From Anaerohalosphaeraceae bacterium (GTDB taxonomy: Bacteria; Planctomycetota; Phycisphaerae; Sedimentisphaerales; Anaerohalosphaeraceae): a stretch of 64,000 bases of DNA. The notes under the pieces are model-generated. The model searched no databases and was not told the origin of the DNA. It was given only the letters and a program-made list of their open reading frames with translations. The position numbers were made by a program, and so were the translations under genes. This document shows positions 19,245 to 28,362 of the stretch, piece by piece (within the stretch, counting starts at the first letter, position 1; the number at the start of each line of letters is the position of its first letter). The stretch covers positions 1 through 64,000 of the forward strand of contig CAXXSL010000008.1 in the NCBI GenBank assembly GCA_963675525.2. The letters are read 5' to 3'.

Positions 19245-19307
19245 AGACGGGATTTACGGGATTTACAGGAAAAATTTAAATTCCTGTTCGTCCGGCAAAT
19301 CCTGTCT
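19245..19307. repeat. Empty 3x9-bp inverted-arm element
   Basis: agacgggat/ttacgggat/ttacaggaa, a 9-nt AT spacer, then ttcctgttc/gtccggcaa/atcctgtct. Confidence 0.75.
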
Positions 19308-19312
19308 GGAAA

Positions 19313-20392
19313 TCATTCCGTTTTTTCGGCCCCGCAGTGTTCACAGTACGGCAGAAGGGTATGACGAATACCGCCGCACTGGTCGCATTTATCATACAGA
19401 CCCGTCCCGCAGGATGGACACGTATAGGTCTGCTGTTTGTCCATTTCGGCTCCCGGCGACGCCATCACCGTCGCCTTTTTCTTCCAGTTGGCATAACGAA
19501 GCGGACCGGCTTTGATCGGCTTGGTGCAGACCGGGCAAAGGTGCTTGTCATAGAACTGCTGGTATTGCTTGATGAGCAAATCTTTCTTCGGTGCCACGAT
19601 CAGCCGGATCAAATAAACCAATATCCGCAGGACAATTGCGATCACGACCAATAACGCAATATATTTAAAATATTCGGACGGAAAATATTCATGCGCCACA
19701 AAAGCGATCTTAATAAACGCCGCGATAAACCCCGCCCACACCAGTGGCCAGTAGGCGCCCGTCCGGTATTTCATAAACAAAAACGACACCACCAGGAACA
19801 CCGGCACCAGAAACGACAGTTTCAGAATGGCAACTCGGAGCCGGAACTTCTCCCACAGTTTGGTTTGTTTTTCGCGGGCGTCGTCTTCGAGCGATTTGAT
19901 CTGCTCCGAAACAGCGGACAGTTCATCCTCCTTTTGCTGTCGCTGTTCGATCAGGCCCGAAATTTCCTGGGTGTATTGCTGATCCTGTTTCTGGTTTTTC
20001 AGGAATTCCGTCTGGCTTTCCTGCAGGGTTCGCACATTTTCAGCCGGAAATTCCTGTCCCTTGTCAATATACTGCTGCTGGATCGAAAGCAGTTGATTCA
20101 TCGTTTTTTGAAGACTGCCGGTGCTGCTGCCCAGCATCCGCTGCTGCTCTCTGAGTGTATCGATCCTGCGATTCAGACGGGCCACTTCTTTTTGGAGTTG
20201 ATCCTGATTGTCATCGGTCTGCTGACTGACAAATTCCCGGCGTATCTGGTCCCAGTCAGGACGTTTGACCGACCCAATATCCTGCTCAATGAAACTAAGC
20301 ATCCAAAAAAACAGAAAACCAAGAATAACCCCAAGCACGATAATAAAAAACCGCACACCCCATGACCCTTTTGCTTTTTGTTTTGCTTCCAT
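19313..20392 (-). CDS. Membrane protein with coiled coil and C-terminal zinc ribbons
   Basis: N-terminal TM, Q/E-rich coiled coil, 3 TMs, then CPVC, CPSC, CDQC and CEHC. Confidence 0.8.
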   Translation of the reverse strand: MEAKQKAKGSWGVRFFIIVLGVILGFLFFWMLSFIEQDIGSVKRPDWDQIRREFVSQQTDDNQDQLQKEVARLNRRIDTLREQQRMLGSSTGSLQKTMNQLLSIQQQYIDKGQEFPAENVRTLQESQTEFLKNQKQDQQYTQEISGLIEQRQQKEDELSAVSEQIKSLEDDAREKQTKLWEKFRLRVAILKLSFLVPVFLVVSFLFMKYRTGAYWPLVWAGFIAAFIKIAFVAHEYFPSEYFKYIALLVVIAIVLRILVYLIRLIVAPKKDLLIKQYQQFYDKHLCPVCTKPIKAGPLRYANWKKKATVMASPGAEMDKQQTYTCPSCGTGLYDKCDQCGGIRHTLLPYCEHCGAEKTE

Positions 20393-20457
20393 GATTTGTC
20401 TCCTTTCTTAACCGCAGAGTTCGCGGATTATTACAAATTCCCGTTTTTATAAATTCT

Positions 20458-20535
20458 CAGATTCTCCGCTTACTGTTGGCGTATGACCTTCCAGATTCTC
20501 CGCTTACTGTTGGCGTATACCTTCCAGATTCTCCG
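20458..20535. repeat. Tandem ~34-bp duplication (about 2.3 units) of a gene 3' end
   Basis: cagattctccgcttactgttggcgtat(g)accttc x2 plus cagattctccg. Confidence 0.9.
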
Positions 20536-20833
20536 ACCTGCTATCAATGATCATCGCCCAAGCAATTAAAGATGCACTTAAAACAAGGGTTAGAAATGCA
20601 AAGACAATACCCTTTTGCTTATACAATACTATTCTGATTAGGGAAATTAAGGCCAATACAAAAGAAATAAAAATACAGGGGTAAAATACAACCACGACAA
20701 GATAAGCCAAATACATTGTGTATTCTATGTCATGGATTGAATCCCAGCACAATTCCGTCAAAATCGCCCCCCCACCAGATATTACAAATATGGTGAATGA
20801 AACTAAACTTAATTTTGACATTTTACTTACCAT
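20504..20833 (-). CDS. Small AT-rich 3-TM hypothetical protein
   Basis: 109 aa with three hydrophobic segments. Confidence 0.65.
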   Translation of the reverse strand: MVSKMSKLSLVSFTIFVISGGGAILTELCWDSIHDIEYTMYLAYLVVVVFYPCIFISFVLALISLIRIVLYKQKGIVFAFLTLVLSASLIAWAMIIDSRSENLEGIRQQ

Positions 20834-20837
20834 ATAT

Positions 20838-21815
20838 TTAACTCTCTTGTTTTCTTATAAGATAGTCATTAATAATTTGCATTGCTTTCTGTTTGTATTC
20901 GGCAGCTTCATTGAACAACTCATGGTTGGCGCCGCTGATTTTCTGAATATCAGCATTTGGGAATTTTTTGCCGATTAAATCCAGATTGTATTCCCAATCC
21001 ACGGTGCCGTCTTTGTCGCCCTGCAAGATGAGCATGTTTCTATCACAAGCCGCCATTGGTTCAATCTTGTCGTTCCAGTCAAACAAAGCCTTCACCCATT
21101 TGAGTGACAGATGTTTGGCATGCAGATAATCCTGTGTTTTGTTGAAGATCAGGTAGTCTTTATCCGAGGAATTCTTGCGATGAAATCGGGCAATCTTATC
21201 AGTAAATTGCACATAGGTCTTATACGTACCTTTAGACTGTTCGTACGCCGTCCAGTGAATCAGCGGTGCGGCCAGCACAATCTTTTCAAAATCGGCGGCA
21301 CTATTTTCCAGCATCATCTCGATCAGGATTGCCGCACCGGTGCTGAATCCAATCACATAATAAGGGCCATCAAGGTGATTTCGAACAACCTGCATGAAGT
21401 CCTGCGTCGTCTGCACATATTGGTCGAACGAATCAATTGCCGCAGATTCGCCGCCGGAAAGTCCATGCCCCGGCAGGTCGTAAACCGCCACAGCAAAACC
21501 GTTTTCCAGCAGATAGCGAATCAGGTGCCGGAATTGCCCTGTGTGGTTCAGATACCCGTGCAGCAGGACGACCGCGGCAGTGTATTGGGCCGGCTTGTAC
21601 AGATGCGCGGCCAGCGTAAATCCGGCCGATTCGAACGAGCCGAACAGATGCCGGGCCCCGCACCAGTCCCCATCCAGCCCATAATGGGCAAAATACGCCT
21701 TGACGGCCTCCGAATACCCTGTCGGATCGACCGTTTCAATCGGCTCGATGGTCAGTTGGTCCCTCAACGTCGTTGGCTCCCGATTTATCCTTTTTTGACG
21801 TATTACTTGTAACAT
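20838..21815 (-). CDS. Alpha/beta hydrolase, lysophospholipase/monoglyceride lipase (Hydrolase_4)-like
   Basis: LLHGY, DLPGHGLS, GFSTG, QGDKDGTV and NHELFNE. Confidence 0.85.
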   Translation of the reverse strand: MLQVIRQKRINREPTTLRDQLTIEPIETVDPTGYSEAVKAYFAHYGLDGDWCGARHLFGSFESAGFTLAAHLYKPAQYTAAVVLLHGYLNHTGQFRHLIRYLLENGFAVAVYDLPGHGLSGGESAAIDSFDQYVQTTQDFMQVVRNHLDGPYYVIGFSTGAAILIEMMLENSAADFEKIVLAAPLIHWTAYEQSKGTYKTYVQFTDKIARFHRKNSSDKDYLIFNKTQDYLHAKHLSLKWVKALFDWNDKIEPMAACDRNMLILQGDKDGTVDWEYNLDLIGKKFPNADIQKISGANHELFNEAAEYKQKAMQIINDYLIRKQES

Positions 21816-21948
21816 AAGACCCTCAAAAAAGCAAACAATTCAATTGGCCTACTAAAAGTCCCCTTCCACCGCCTGATGATCGACTATTTCGATACAATTC
21901 TGATCTCTGAGTTAACAACCGTATTGTAATTCACGACAAAAGAGCTTG

Positions 21949-23088
21949 TCACCTCAACTCTGCCTTGAATCGGTCCAGCACGAGACGGTCACAATCTTCC
22001 AGGTTCTTTGGGTTGATTCGCTGGAAGGCCTCCTGATGCGAATTCTGCAAATCCACGACAACCCACTCACCGGCCCGGTCGCAGAGTACCGTATGGACGG
22101 CCCATACCCTGTTGCCCGGGGCAAACCAGTAATCGGTAAACAAAACATAGTCGCTGTCGGCCGGATGCTGGCGGAGGTACTCTCTTACGTTACGCGCATA
22201 CAGCCACAGGACATGCATCTCGTTCGGCCAGCCGGAACCTTCCATCACCGGCGCTGTTGCTGCCACCGATGCACGGCACAGTTTGGCTTCGTTTAACAAC
22301 GTGGATAGATGCGTTGCACTGTTGGGATCCGCGTGGTCACCGCCCACGCGGGCCGGGTATATCAGCACGCGGGCAGCGGGGCCGGCTTCTTTCATGGCTT
22401 TTTGCCGCGCTTCCATGTCTGCACGCTCGGAACCACTCGCTGGCTGCTTGGCTCTCTGTTCCCACAGGATCTGTTTCTTGTCAGCGGTAAGTTCTTTTTT
22501 CGCCAGCGTATCCAATGCCATAACTGGTGTTAGGCGTTCACATGCCACTTCAAGACAGTCAAACTCCAAACCGCCCCGATATTCCCGGTCGTCTGCCCAT
22601 ACGATATTTCCTTTTGCATCTACAATCACTGAGTACACATAGAGGCCGTCCTTGTCGGTAAAGATGGTAAAAGCCGTGCCCAGCGCATAGTCGGTCTTTA
22701 AGTCCTGTTGGCTGACGAACTTCGCAAAAGCGGTCGTTCTCTCTTGACGCGTAGGATTTCCCTCAGGCATTTCGAACATCGCATCGGCGATCCGGTACTT
22801 GTCATAGCCTTTCTCTTCAAGCAGAAGTCCCAGCATTTCAGTAAACTGGTGCGCCTTTTCGCGAAAGCCGCTATTGTAAGCATTGGCCCACGCGTGTGCC
22901 TCATCATCCAAGCCCTCCAGGCCGACCCAGAAAACCATCTGCGGAAAAATCGTCACAGAGGCTTCCGGGAATCCCTTGATCGGCAGACCCTTTGGCTCTT
23001 CTTGTGCAATGGCCTCGTTGGTGACTGCCGACAAAAAGCTTACCAGCACGATCGCAACTAAACAAATTGTGAACATTTTACGTTTCAT
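21949..23088 (-). CDS. Secreted hypothetical protein
   Basis: 379 aa with signal peptide; SD AAAGGAG; follows the radical SAM gene by 30 nt. Confidence 0.75.
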   Translation of the reverse strand: MKRKMFTICLVAIVLVSFLSAVTNEAIAQEEPKGLPIKGFPEASVTIFPQMVFWVGLEGLDDEAHAWANAYNSGFREKAHQFTEMLGLLLEEKGYDKYRIADAMFEMPEGNPTRQERTTAFAKFVSQQDLKTDYALGTAFTIFTDKDGLYVYSVIVDAKGNIVWADDREYRGGLEFDCLEVACERLTPVMALDTLAKKELTADKKQILWEQRAKQPASGSERADMEARQKAMKEAGPAARVLIYPARVGGDHADPNSATHLSTLLNEAKLCRASVAATAPVMEGSGWPNEMHVLWLYARNVREYLRQHPADSDYVLFTDYWFAPGNRVWAVHTVLCDRAGEWVVVDLQNSHQEAFQRINPKNLEDCDRLVLDRFKAELR

Positions 23089-23118
23089 TTCTAATTCTCC
23101 TTTCCTTAAGATAAGTAT

Positions 23119-24489
23119 TTATGCTAATCGTTTTCTTTTAACGACTGAAGTTAAATAATCCAAAATCACGCCTTTTCGCTCCGCCGGATTTTTTCCGCGT
23201 ATGCCAAACGCAACCGTCCTGCCGAAATAGGCCCAGTTAACAACAAACAGACACGTATAATGGGACAGGCCGGGCGTACACAGCCAGCGAACGGTTCGCT
23301 TAATAATGCGCCAGGGTGTGTAATATTTCCGGATCACCCAGTCGGCACCGGCCTGCAACTGCTCAACGTTCATCCGTTTGGGCTGAAATACGACATGTCG
23401 ATAATCATAGTGCTCATAATTTGTGTCGATGATGCGGTGTTTCATTTCTTCATACAACTTTGTCCCGGGCAGTGGAGTCAGAATTGCAGTCTGAATCGCG
23501 TCAATCCCGATGCGTTCGAGCATTTTCAGGGTCGTCTGAAAAACCTCGACCGTATCGTCATCAAATCCGAAAATGACACCGGATTGGACAAACATCCCAT
23601 GTCGATGCAATGTTTTGACTGCCCTGCGGTATTTTTCAGGTGCATTAAACCCTTTTTCCGTCTCATTCAAGATGTGGGCATTGAAGGATTCCAATCCAAT
23701 AAACACGCCAATACAGCCTGCCTTTTCAAGCTTTTTCAGCAAATGTTGGTCTTCAGTAATTTCTATCGAAGCCTGTGTCACCCAGCGCTTTTTCAGCGGC
23801 ACCAGTCGATCCAGAAGTTCCATCACATACTCTCGGTTCTGTGTCAGGTTGTCATCGACGAACATAAAGAACTTTGAGCTAAACGATCCAATCTCGGCGA
23901 CAACTTCATCAATCGGCCGAGTGTAGTGATGGGCCTTATAAAAGGCACTGATCGAACAAAATTTGCATTTATTCTCACAGCCCATCGTCGCGTAGATCGC
24001 GTTGGCCCTATACTGTTCTGTCCTGACGAGGTTTCGAGGCAAGTTGACGGGGATCTTGCTGTTCGGATTACCATAATAGATTTTTTCCAAACTCCCCTGC
24101 CGCACATCACGACAGACCTGTTGCCAAGCCTCCATCGCCGGTCCGGATACAACCGCATCCGCATGCTCCATCGCCACTTGCGGATTCAACGTGGGAAAGA
24201 AACCACCCAATACAACCGGGATATTTATTTCTTTAAACAACTGGCACAGTTCAAACGCTCGTGTCGCTGTGGCAGTCATGCAGGTGATCCCCACCAAGTC
24301 AAAATGTTCATTTGTCGGAATCTCTTCGACTTGTTCGTCCACCAATGTGACCTGTGCGTCCGCTGGGGACAGTTTGGCAACCATCAGCAGCGGAATCATC
24401 GAAAAGCGAAATGTCTTGCCGTTAAAAAAACGCCGCGAGGCAATCTTTTTCCAATTCCCCGACGCTGGTGCGATCAATAATATCTTCAT
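23119..24489 (-). CDS. B12-binding-domain radical SAM protein
   Basis: DLVGIT...VVLGG cobalamin-binding domain, CENKCKFC, FVDDN, IGLES and TPLPGT; ATG 24489 has SD AAAGGAG. Confidence 0.9.
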   Translation of the reverse strand: MKILLIAPASGNWKKIASRRFFNGKTFRFSMIPLLMVAKLSPADAQVTLVDEQVEEIPTNEHFDLVGITCMTATATRAFELCQLFKEINIPVVLGGFFPTLNPQVAMEHADAVVSGPAMEAWQQVCRDVRQGSLEKIYYGNPNSKIPVNLPRNLVRTEQYRANAIYATMGCENKCKFCSISAFYKAHHYTRPIDEVVAEIGSFSSKFFMFVDDNLTQNREYVMELLDRLVPLKKRWVTQASIEITEDQHLLKKLEKAGCIGVFIGLESFNAHILNETEKGFNAPEKYRRAVKTLHRHGMFVQSGVIFGFDDDTVEVFQTTLKMLERIGIDAIQTAILTPLPGTKLYEEMKHRIIDTNYEHYDYRHVVFQPKRMNVEQLQAGADWVIRKYYTPWRIIKRTVRWLCTPGLSHYTCLFVVNWAYFGRTVAFGIRGKNPAERKGVILDYLTSVVKRKRLA

Positions 24490-24515
24490 CTTAATATCTC
24501 CTTTCATTTTTTGTG

Positions 24516-25370
24516 TTATTTCCAAAATTGTGTCTCGACCGGTTCCGAATCGTTGGATTCATCCCGGCCGGATTTCGTAAACGTATCCAAACGATCATCC
24601 GTATTTTCCCTTTTCACACGAACGCCGTACGATATCCCCTGACCGTAGCGGCTTAATACATCATTCCACATCGTTGGGAACTTTTTATTCATCTCCTCAA
24701 AAGCCTCTTCTTCCGTGATCTTCCGGCACTGATCCCAGGCATTCTGCCGTGTCATATAAGCGGCGGTCTGCTCCTTGGCGGCCCTGGCTTCCATGACACC
24801 ATAAACATACCCGGTCTGCGTATCGACCAGCATCCCCATCGCGGTTGTGGTGACCTCCACTTTGACCGTCGGAGACAGGCCCAGCGTGTACAGGCTGGCC
24901 GCAGAAGACCAGTCGGTTTCATCCTGTTCAGTATCCAGCGTATAAATATAAAGCATGTGCGCCTTAAGCGATGCCGCCGCATGCCGCAAAGTGTCCGGAG
25001 ATTTCTGGCGACCTGCTATCAGCAGTTTATTAATCGGCACAACCTGAGAAATACCCTGGAGATTGGCAAATCCGTTTTGAGTGGCCTGCGTTCCTGACAA
25101 AGGAGAATTTACAACGCAGTACCCCATTTCATTTTGATAATAGCCTGCTCCCTGTATTCGTGCCACCGCCAGTGTGACCGGAAATTGTGCCGTTGGCTGT
25201 GGCGTACAACTTCCCCTAAAAGAGCCGGATTCAGTTAATGTTCCGTGAAAAATTCCCATGTCAGCACCTGTTGCAGGCGTTACATATGAATCATAACACC
25301 CGCTCATGAAAACAACGACTAAAAGCGGCAAAATATCGGCACAGAATCGTATGATCTTTCTGTTTTTCAT
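24516..25370 (-). CDS. Lipoprotein, rhombotarget-lipoprotein-like
   Basis: Lipobox VVFMSGC; directly downstream of the rhombosortase. Confidence 0.65.
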   Translation of the reverse strand: MKNRKIIRFCADILPLLVVVFMSGCYDSYVTPATGADMGIFHGTLTESGSFRGSCTPQPTAQFPVTLAVARIQGAGYYQNEMGYCVVNSPLSGTQATQNGFANLQGISQVVPINKLLIAGRQKSPDTLRHAAASLKAHMLYIYTLDTEQDETDWSSAASLYTLGLSPTVKVEVTTTAMGMLVDTQTGYVYGVMEARAAKEQTAAYMTRQNAWDQCRKITEEEAFEEMNKKFPTMWNDVLSRYGQGISYGVRVKRENTDDRLDTFTKSGRDESNDSEPVETQFWK

Positions 25371-25388
25371 GGCTGACTGTCCTTTCTT

Positions 25389-26051
25389 TTAAGCCTTTAA
25401 ATGAATAAATTTTCTGGAAATTCGATTCGTCACGGTTTCCCTGAGACGAAACAATTGGGTATTAAAAACAACATACGCCACGACTGCCCCAATGACCCCG
25501 GCCAGATGACTGGACACAACAGGGACTCCAACATCGCCCAGATGTGTCGATTCAAGAAATACATGCCCGGCCGCAGTTTCGTAAATACTTTTGGCGAGCA
25601 ATCCCATGAATATTCCCACTGCAATCCATTGTTCGCGCCGGTCTGTAAGGTGGGCCTGTGCCCCACCGAAAATACCCATTCGTTCCAGACACCACACCGC
25701 CATCAATCCATGTGCGATCCCTGATAACCCGCAATAACCAATCGCCTGAACAGAGGGAAGGCTGGCTGTAACCGCTGCGATAACGGCCGCGTGAATCCCT
25801 GAAAGATACCCGATGCGTTTAGCGAGACTCGTTTCCATCAATTGAGCATACAGCATCAAAAACGCCGCGCCATCCAGCAACAGGTGATAGAAACTGACAT
25901 GCACAAAAGGATGCGTTACCAGACGCCACCATTGACCCTGAATCACCTTTTCAGGTAAATAGATCAGGCTTTCGGGAAATCTTCCGAAAAGCAGAGATAT
26001 ATTCACAGCACAAATCAAAACAGCCAACAAAATGGTATCTTTATGACGCAT
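25389..26051 (-). CDS. rrtA: Rhombosortase (rhomboid-family sorting protease)
   Basis: GQWWRLVTHPFVH, YCGLSGIAHG (catalytic Ser) and SHLAG (catalytic His); alternative start 26138 overlaps the upstream gene. Confidence 0.88.
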   Translation of the reverse strand: MRHKDTILLAVLICAVNISLLFGRFPESLIYLPEKVIQGQWWRLVTHPFVHVSFYHLLLDGAAFLMLYAQLMETSLAKRIGYLSGIHAAVIAAVTASLPSVQAIGYCGLSGIAHGLMAVWCLERMGIFGGAQAHLTDRREQWIAVGIFMGLLAKSIYETAAGHVFLESTHLGDVGVPVVSSHLAGVIGAVVAYVVFNTQLFRLRETVTNRISRKFIHLKA

Positions 26052-26104
26052 GATAAAACCTTTCCGCCGGGACGGTTCAATAACCGTCCCGGCTTCTGTG
26101 GTCG

Positions 26105-28168
26105 TTAGCCCTGATTCCTTTTCTTCCTGCCAAGCCATGCCGCCAGTCCGACGAACAAAGGTCCGACAGGTCCCGAACCGCTTCCGAATCCGGGCGACTT
26201 GCGGCCGTCAAAGGCTCCATTATTGCCCGAGGAATTCTGTTTATTCTGATCCACACGGTAATTCTGAACAGGCTGATTCTTCCGGACTTGTTGTGCCGCA
26301 CGCTCACGATTGACACGATCGGCATTGCGGCGCTGGATACCGGCTTCTTCCATCTGTGCCTCCGACAGCACAACCATCGACGTATAATCAGTCACCAGCG
26401 AATACTCCGTGCCAAAATCAACGATGTTTTTTCTCAAAGAAGCACTTTCGCCCTTTTCACGAATCTCCTGCATCGTTTCATCGATCATCGATAAGGCCCA
26501 CAGCCGTTCGATCTCAGGATTATCCGTGTCCACCTCAGGGAAGTCCGCATCACAGTCCCAGCTTCGTTCCTGGCCGGAAATCTTCGCCCTCAGTTCAACC
26601 TTAACAGGTCCACTGCCGGTATACCGTCCGAACATCACCAACTGCTGTCCCTGATACAGACTGCCGGGTTTTGCGGGCGTCAGATCTTTGACTTTTTCGC
26701 CATGGAATTTCAACTCAACATCATGCAGTGCTTCATACAAAACCTTATTTTTGATTTGCAGAATACGGCCGACGATATCATCGGATTGGGATATATTCAT
26801 CGCAAATCCGTTGGAATCCTTCGCCAGTCGCTCCATTAAAGGCTGATTGGCACTGTTACCGATGACAAAGGTAAACAGACGGATATCATACTGCCGCAAA
26901 AGATTTAAAAAATCGGCGTGCCCGGTGGGGCCGACATTGGCCACACCATCGGTCACCAGCAAGATATTTGTTGTTCGATCATCATCCAGCCTGTTGTAGG
27001 CCATCGATATACCCGCAAAGAGATTGGTGCCGCCATCCGCATTCAGCGTCTTGATTTTAGCCAATATACTTTGCACATTGGCGCCCGTCGCATTCTGGTA
27101 GCCGCTGCTGAAGTCCTGTGCACTATTATTAAAGGTAACGATACGAAAACGGTCATTGGGACTCATTTGACCAATCACCCGGCTGACGCCATCAGCCAAC
27201 GTGGCAATCTTGCCGCCACTCATCGAACCGGATTTATCCAGCACAAAAATCCAATCCACTCCCTCTTTAACAGGCTGCAAATCCGCCGCAGGCGTAACAA
27301 CCACCATAAATGTCCCATCGGTATTCTTGCTTTCACGATAAGGAATCACTTCCACCCGTGCAGGAACATCATCAGCGAGACGATAGTACACCACAATATC
27401 GCGCGTCAGGGCATCGCCTTCGGCCGATTCAAGGCGGACATGATAGACATCCGTTTGCCCCAGTTGCTCTTCTTCTGCCGCCCCAGCCTGCTCGATGATC
27501 GCCTTATCCATATACCCGGGTAGCCGTACGTCTTTAACGGGGAATGCTGATTTTAACGTCAGGTCAAACGAAAATGCTTCATGCACCTGGTCGTCCACGG
27601 ACCAAAAAGCAATCCGCTGGTCATCCACACCGCCTTCAGCCAAAGGATACATATAACGCCCTACATTACTGTCAATCTCGATAGGCTGATAATACACCAA
27701 TCGAACACGTGTTTCCCCTCCGGCACGCACAGGATAAACTGCTACATCAAAGGTCATATAATCGTTCTTTTCCGCAATCGCCGCATCATTGCCTTTGGCA
27801 ACTTGATCTTCATAGAGCTTACGCGCCTGCTCCTTTTCGACCACTTCACCGATAACCTCCTTTCCGTCAATCCACAAACTCACTTCCGATAAACTGGCCT
27901 GCTTGGGAATGGGAAAAGTGTACACCGCCTCAAGGTCCACATTGCTGTTGTTGCCGAAAACCTGATCGACCTCGGTCCTGGCAAACCCGTTGTTGATGGT
28001 GACGTTGACATGATGCGACTTGATGAACACGTCGGCCGCATTACCATTCGTAGGCTTCAGCAGGCCGGCACCTTTTGAGACTCCGCCAAAGGCCAGGAAA
28101 AATATTAGCCCCGCCGCAATCAGATAGGCAACGATGTCATGACTTCGTGTGCTTTGTTGAGTTTTCAT
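26105..28168 (-). CDS. VIT + vWA domain protein with GlyGly-CTERM-like sorting signal
   Basis: Signal peptide; VIT (ARTEVDQVFGN...EAVYTFPIP); MIDAS DKSGS...TDG; C-terminus GFGSGSGPVGPLFVGLAAWLGRKKR. Confidence 0.9.
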   Translation of the reverse strand: MKTQQSTRSHDIVAYLIAAGLIFFLAFGGVSKGAGLLKPTNGNAADVFIKSHHVNVTINNGFARTEVDQVFGNNSNVDLEAVYTFPIPKQASLSEVSLWIDGKEVIGEVVEKEQARKLYEDQVAKGNDAAIAEKNDYMTFDVAVYPVRAGGETRVRLVYYQPIEIDSNVGRYMYPLAEGGVDDQRIAFWSVDDQVHEAFSFDLTLKSAFPVKDVRLPGYMDKAIIEQAGAAEEEQLGQTDVYHVRLESAEGDALTRDIVVYYRLADDVPARVEVIPYRESKNTDGTFMVVVTPAADLQPVKEGVDWIFVLDKSGSMSGGKIATLADGVSRVIGQMSPNDRFRIVTFNNSAQDFSSGYQNATGANVQSILAKIKTLNADGGTNLFAGISMAYNRLDDDRTTNILLVTDGVANVGPTGHADFLNLLRQYDIRLFTFVIGNSANQPLMERLAKDSNGFAMNISQSDDIVGRILQIKNKVLYEALHDVELKFHGEKVKDLTPAKPGSLYQGQQLVMFGRYTGSGPVKVELRAKISGQERSWDCDADFPEVDTDNPEIERLWALSMIDETMQEIREKGESASLRKNIVDFGTEYSLVTDYTSMVVLSEAQMEEAGIQRRNADRVNRERAAQQVRKNQPVQNYRVDQNKQNSSGNNGAFDGRKSPGFGSGSGPVGPLFVGLAAWLGRKKRNQG

Positions 28169-28222
28169 TTCTTTTTCTCCTTTCGTTAAAATTCGTTTTT
28201 AAACACAACTGGATTACATATA

Positions 28223-28239
28223 AACAACCGGCGTGCCAG
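28223..28239 (-). promoter_or_regulatory. sigma54 (-24/-12) promoter
   Basis: CTGGCACG-CCGG-TTGTT on the minus strand, 55 nt upstream of the VIT start; -12 is GT rather than GC. Confidence 0.75.
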
Positions 28240-28324
28240 ACACCTCAATGAATCATAACTCAATTCATTAAAATGACTTACATGTTTAACGGGGTAACCT
28301 GAAAACAATCAGTTTATTTTATTG

Positions 28325-28362
28325 TTGACATTTTGTGCATATCTATAGTACATTTTATGTAT
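28325..28362 (+). promoter_or_regulatory. sigma70 promoter of the activator (probably leaderless) overlapped by a direct repeat (candidate UAS)
   Basis: TTGACA-N18-TACATT with ATG 7 nt later; ACATTTTgTGcAT at 28328 and ACATTTTaTGtAT at 28350. Confidence 0.55.

Noticed and set aside
21816..21948. Possible riboswitch in the spacer before the hydrolase
   Set aside because: No convincing stems or known consensus by eye.
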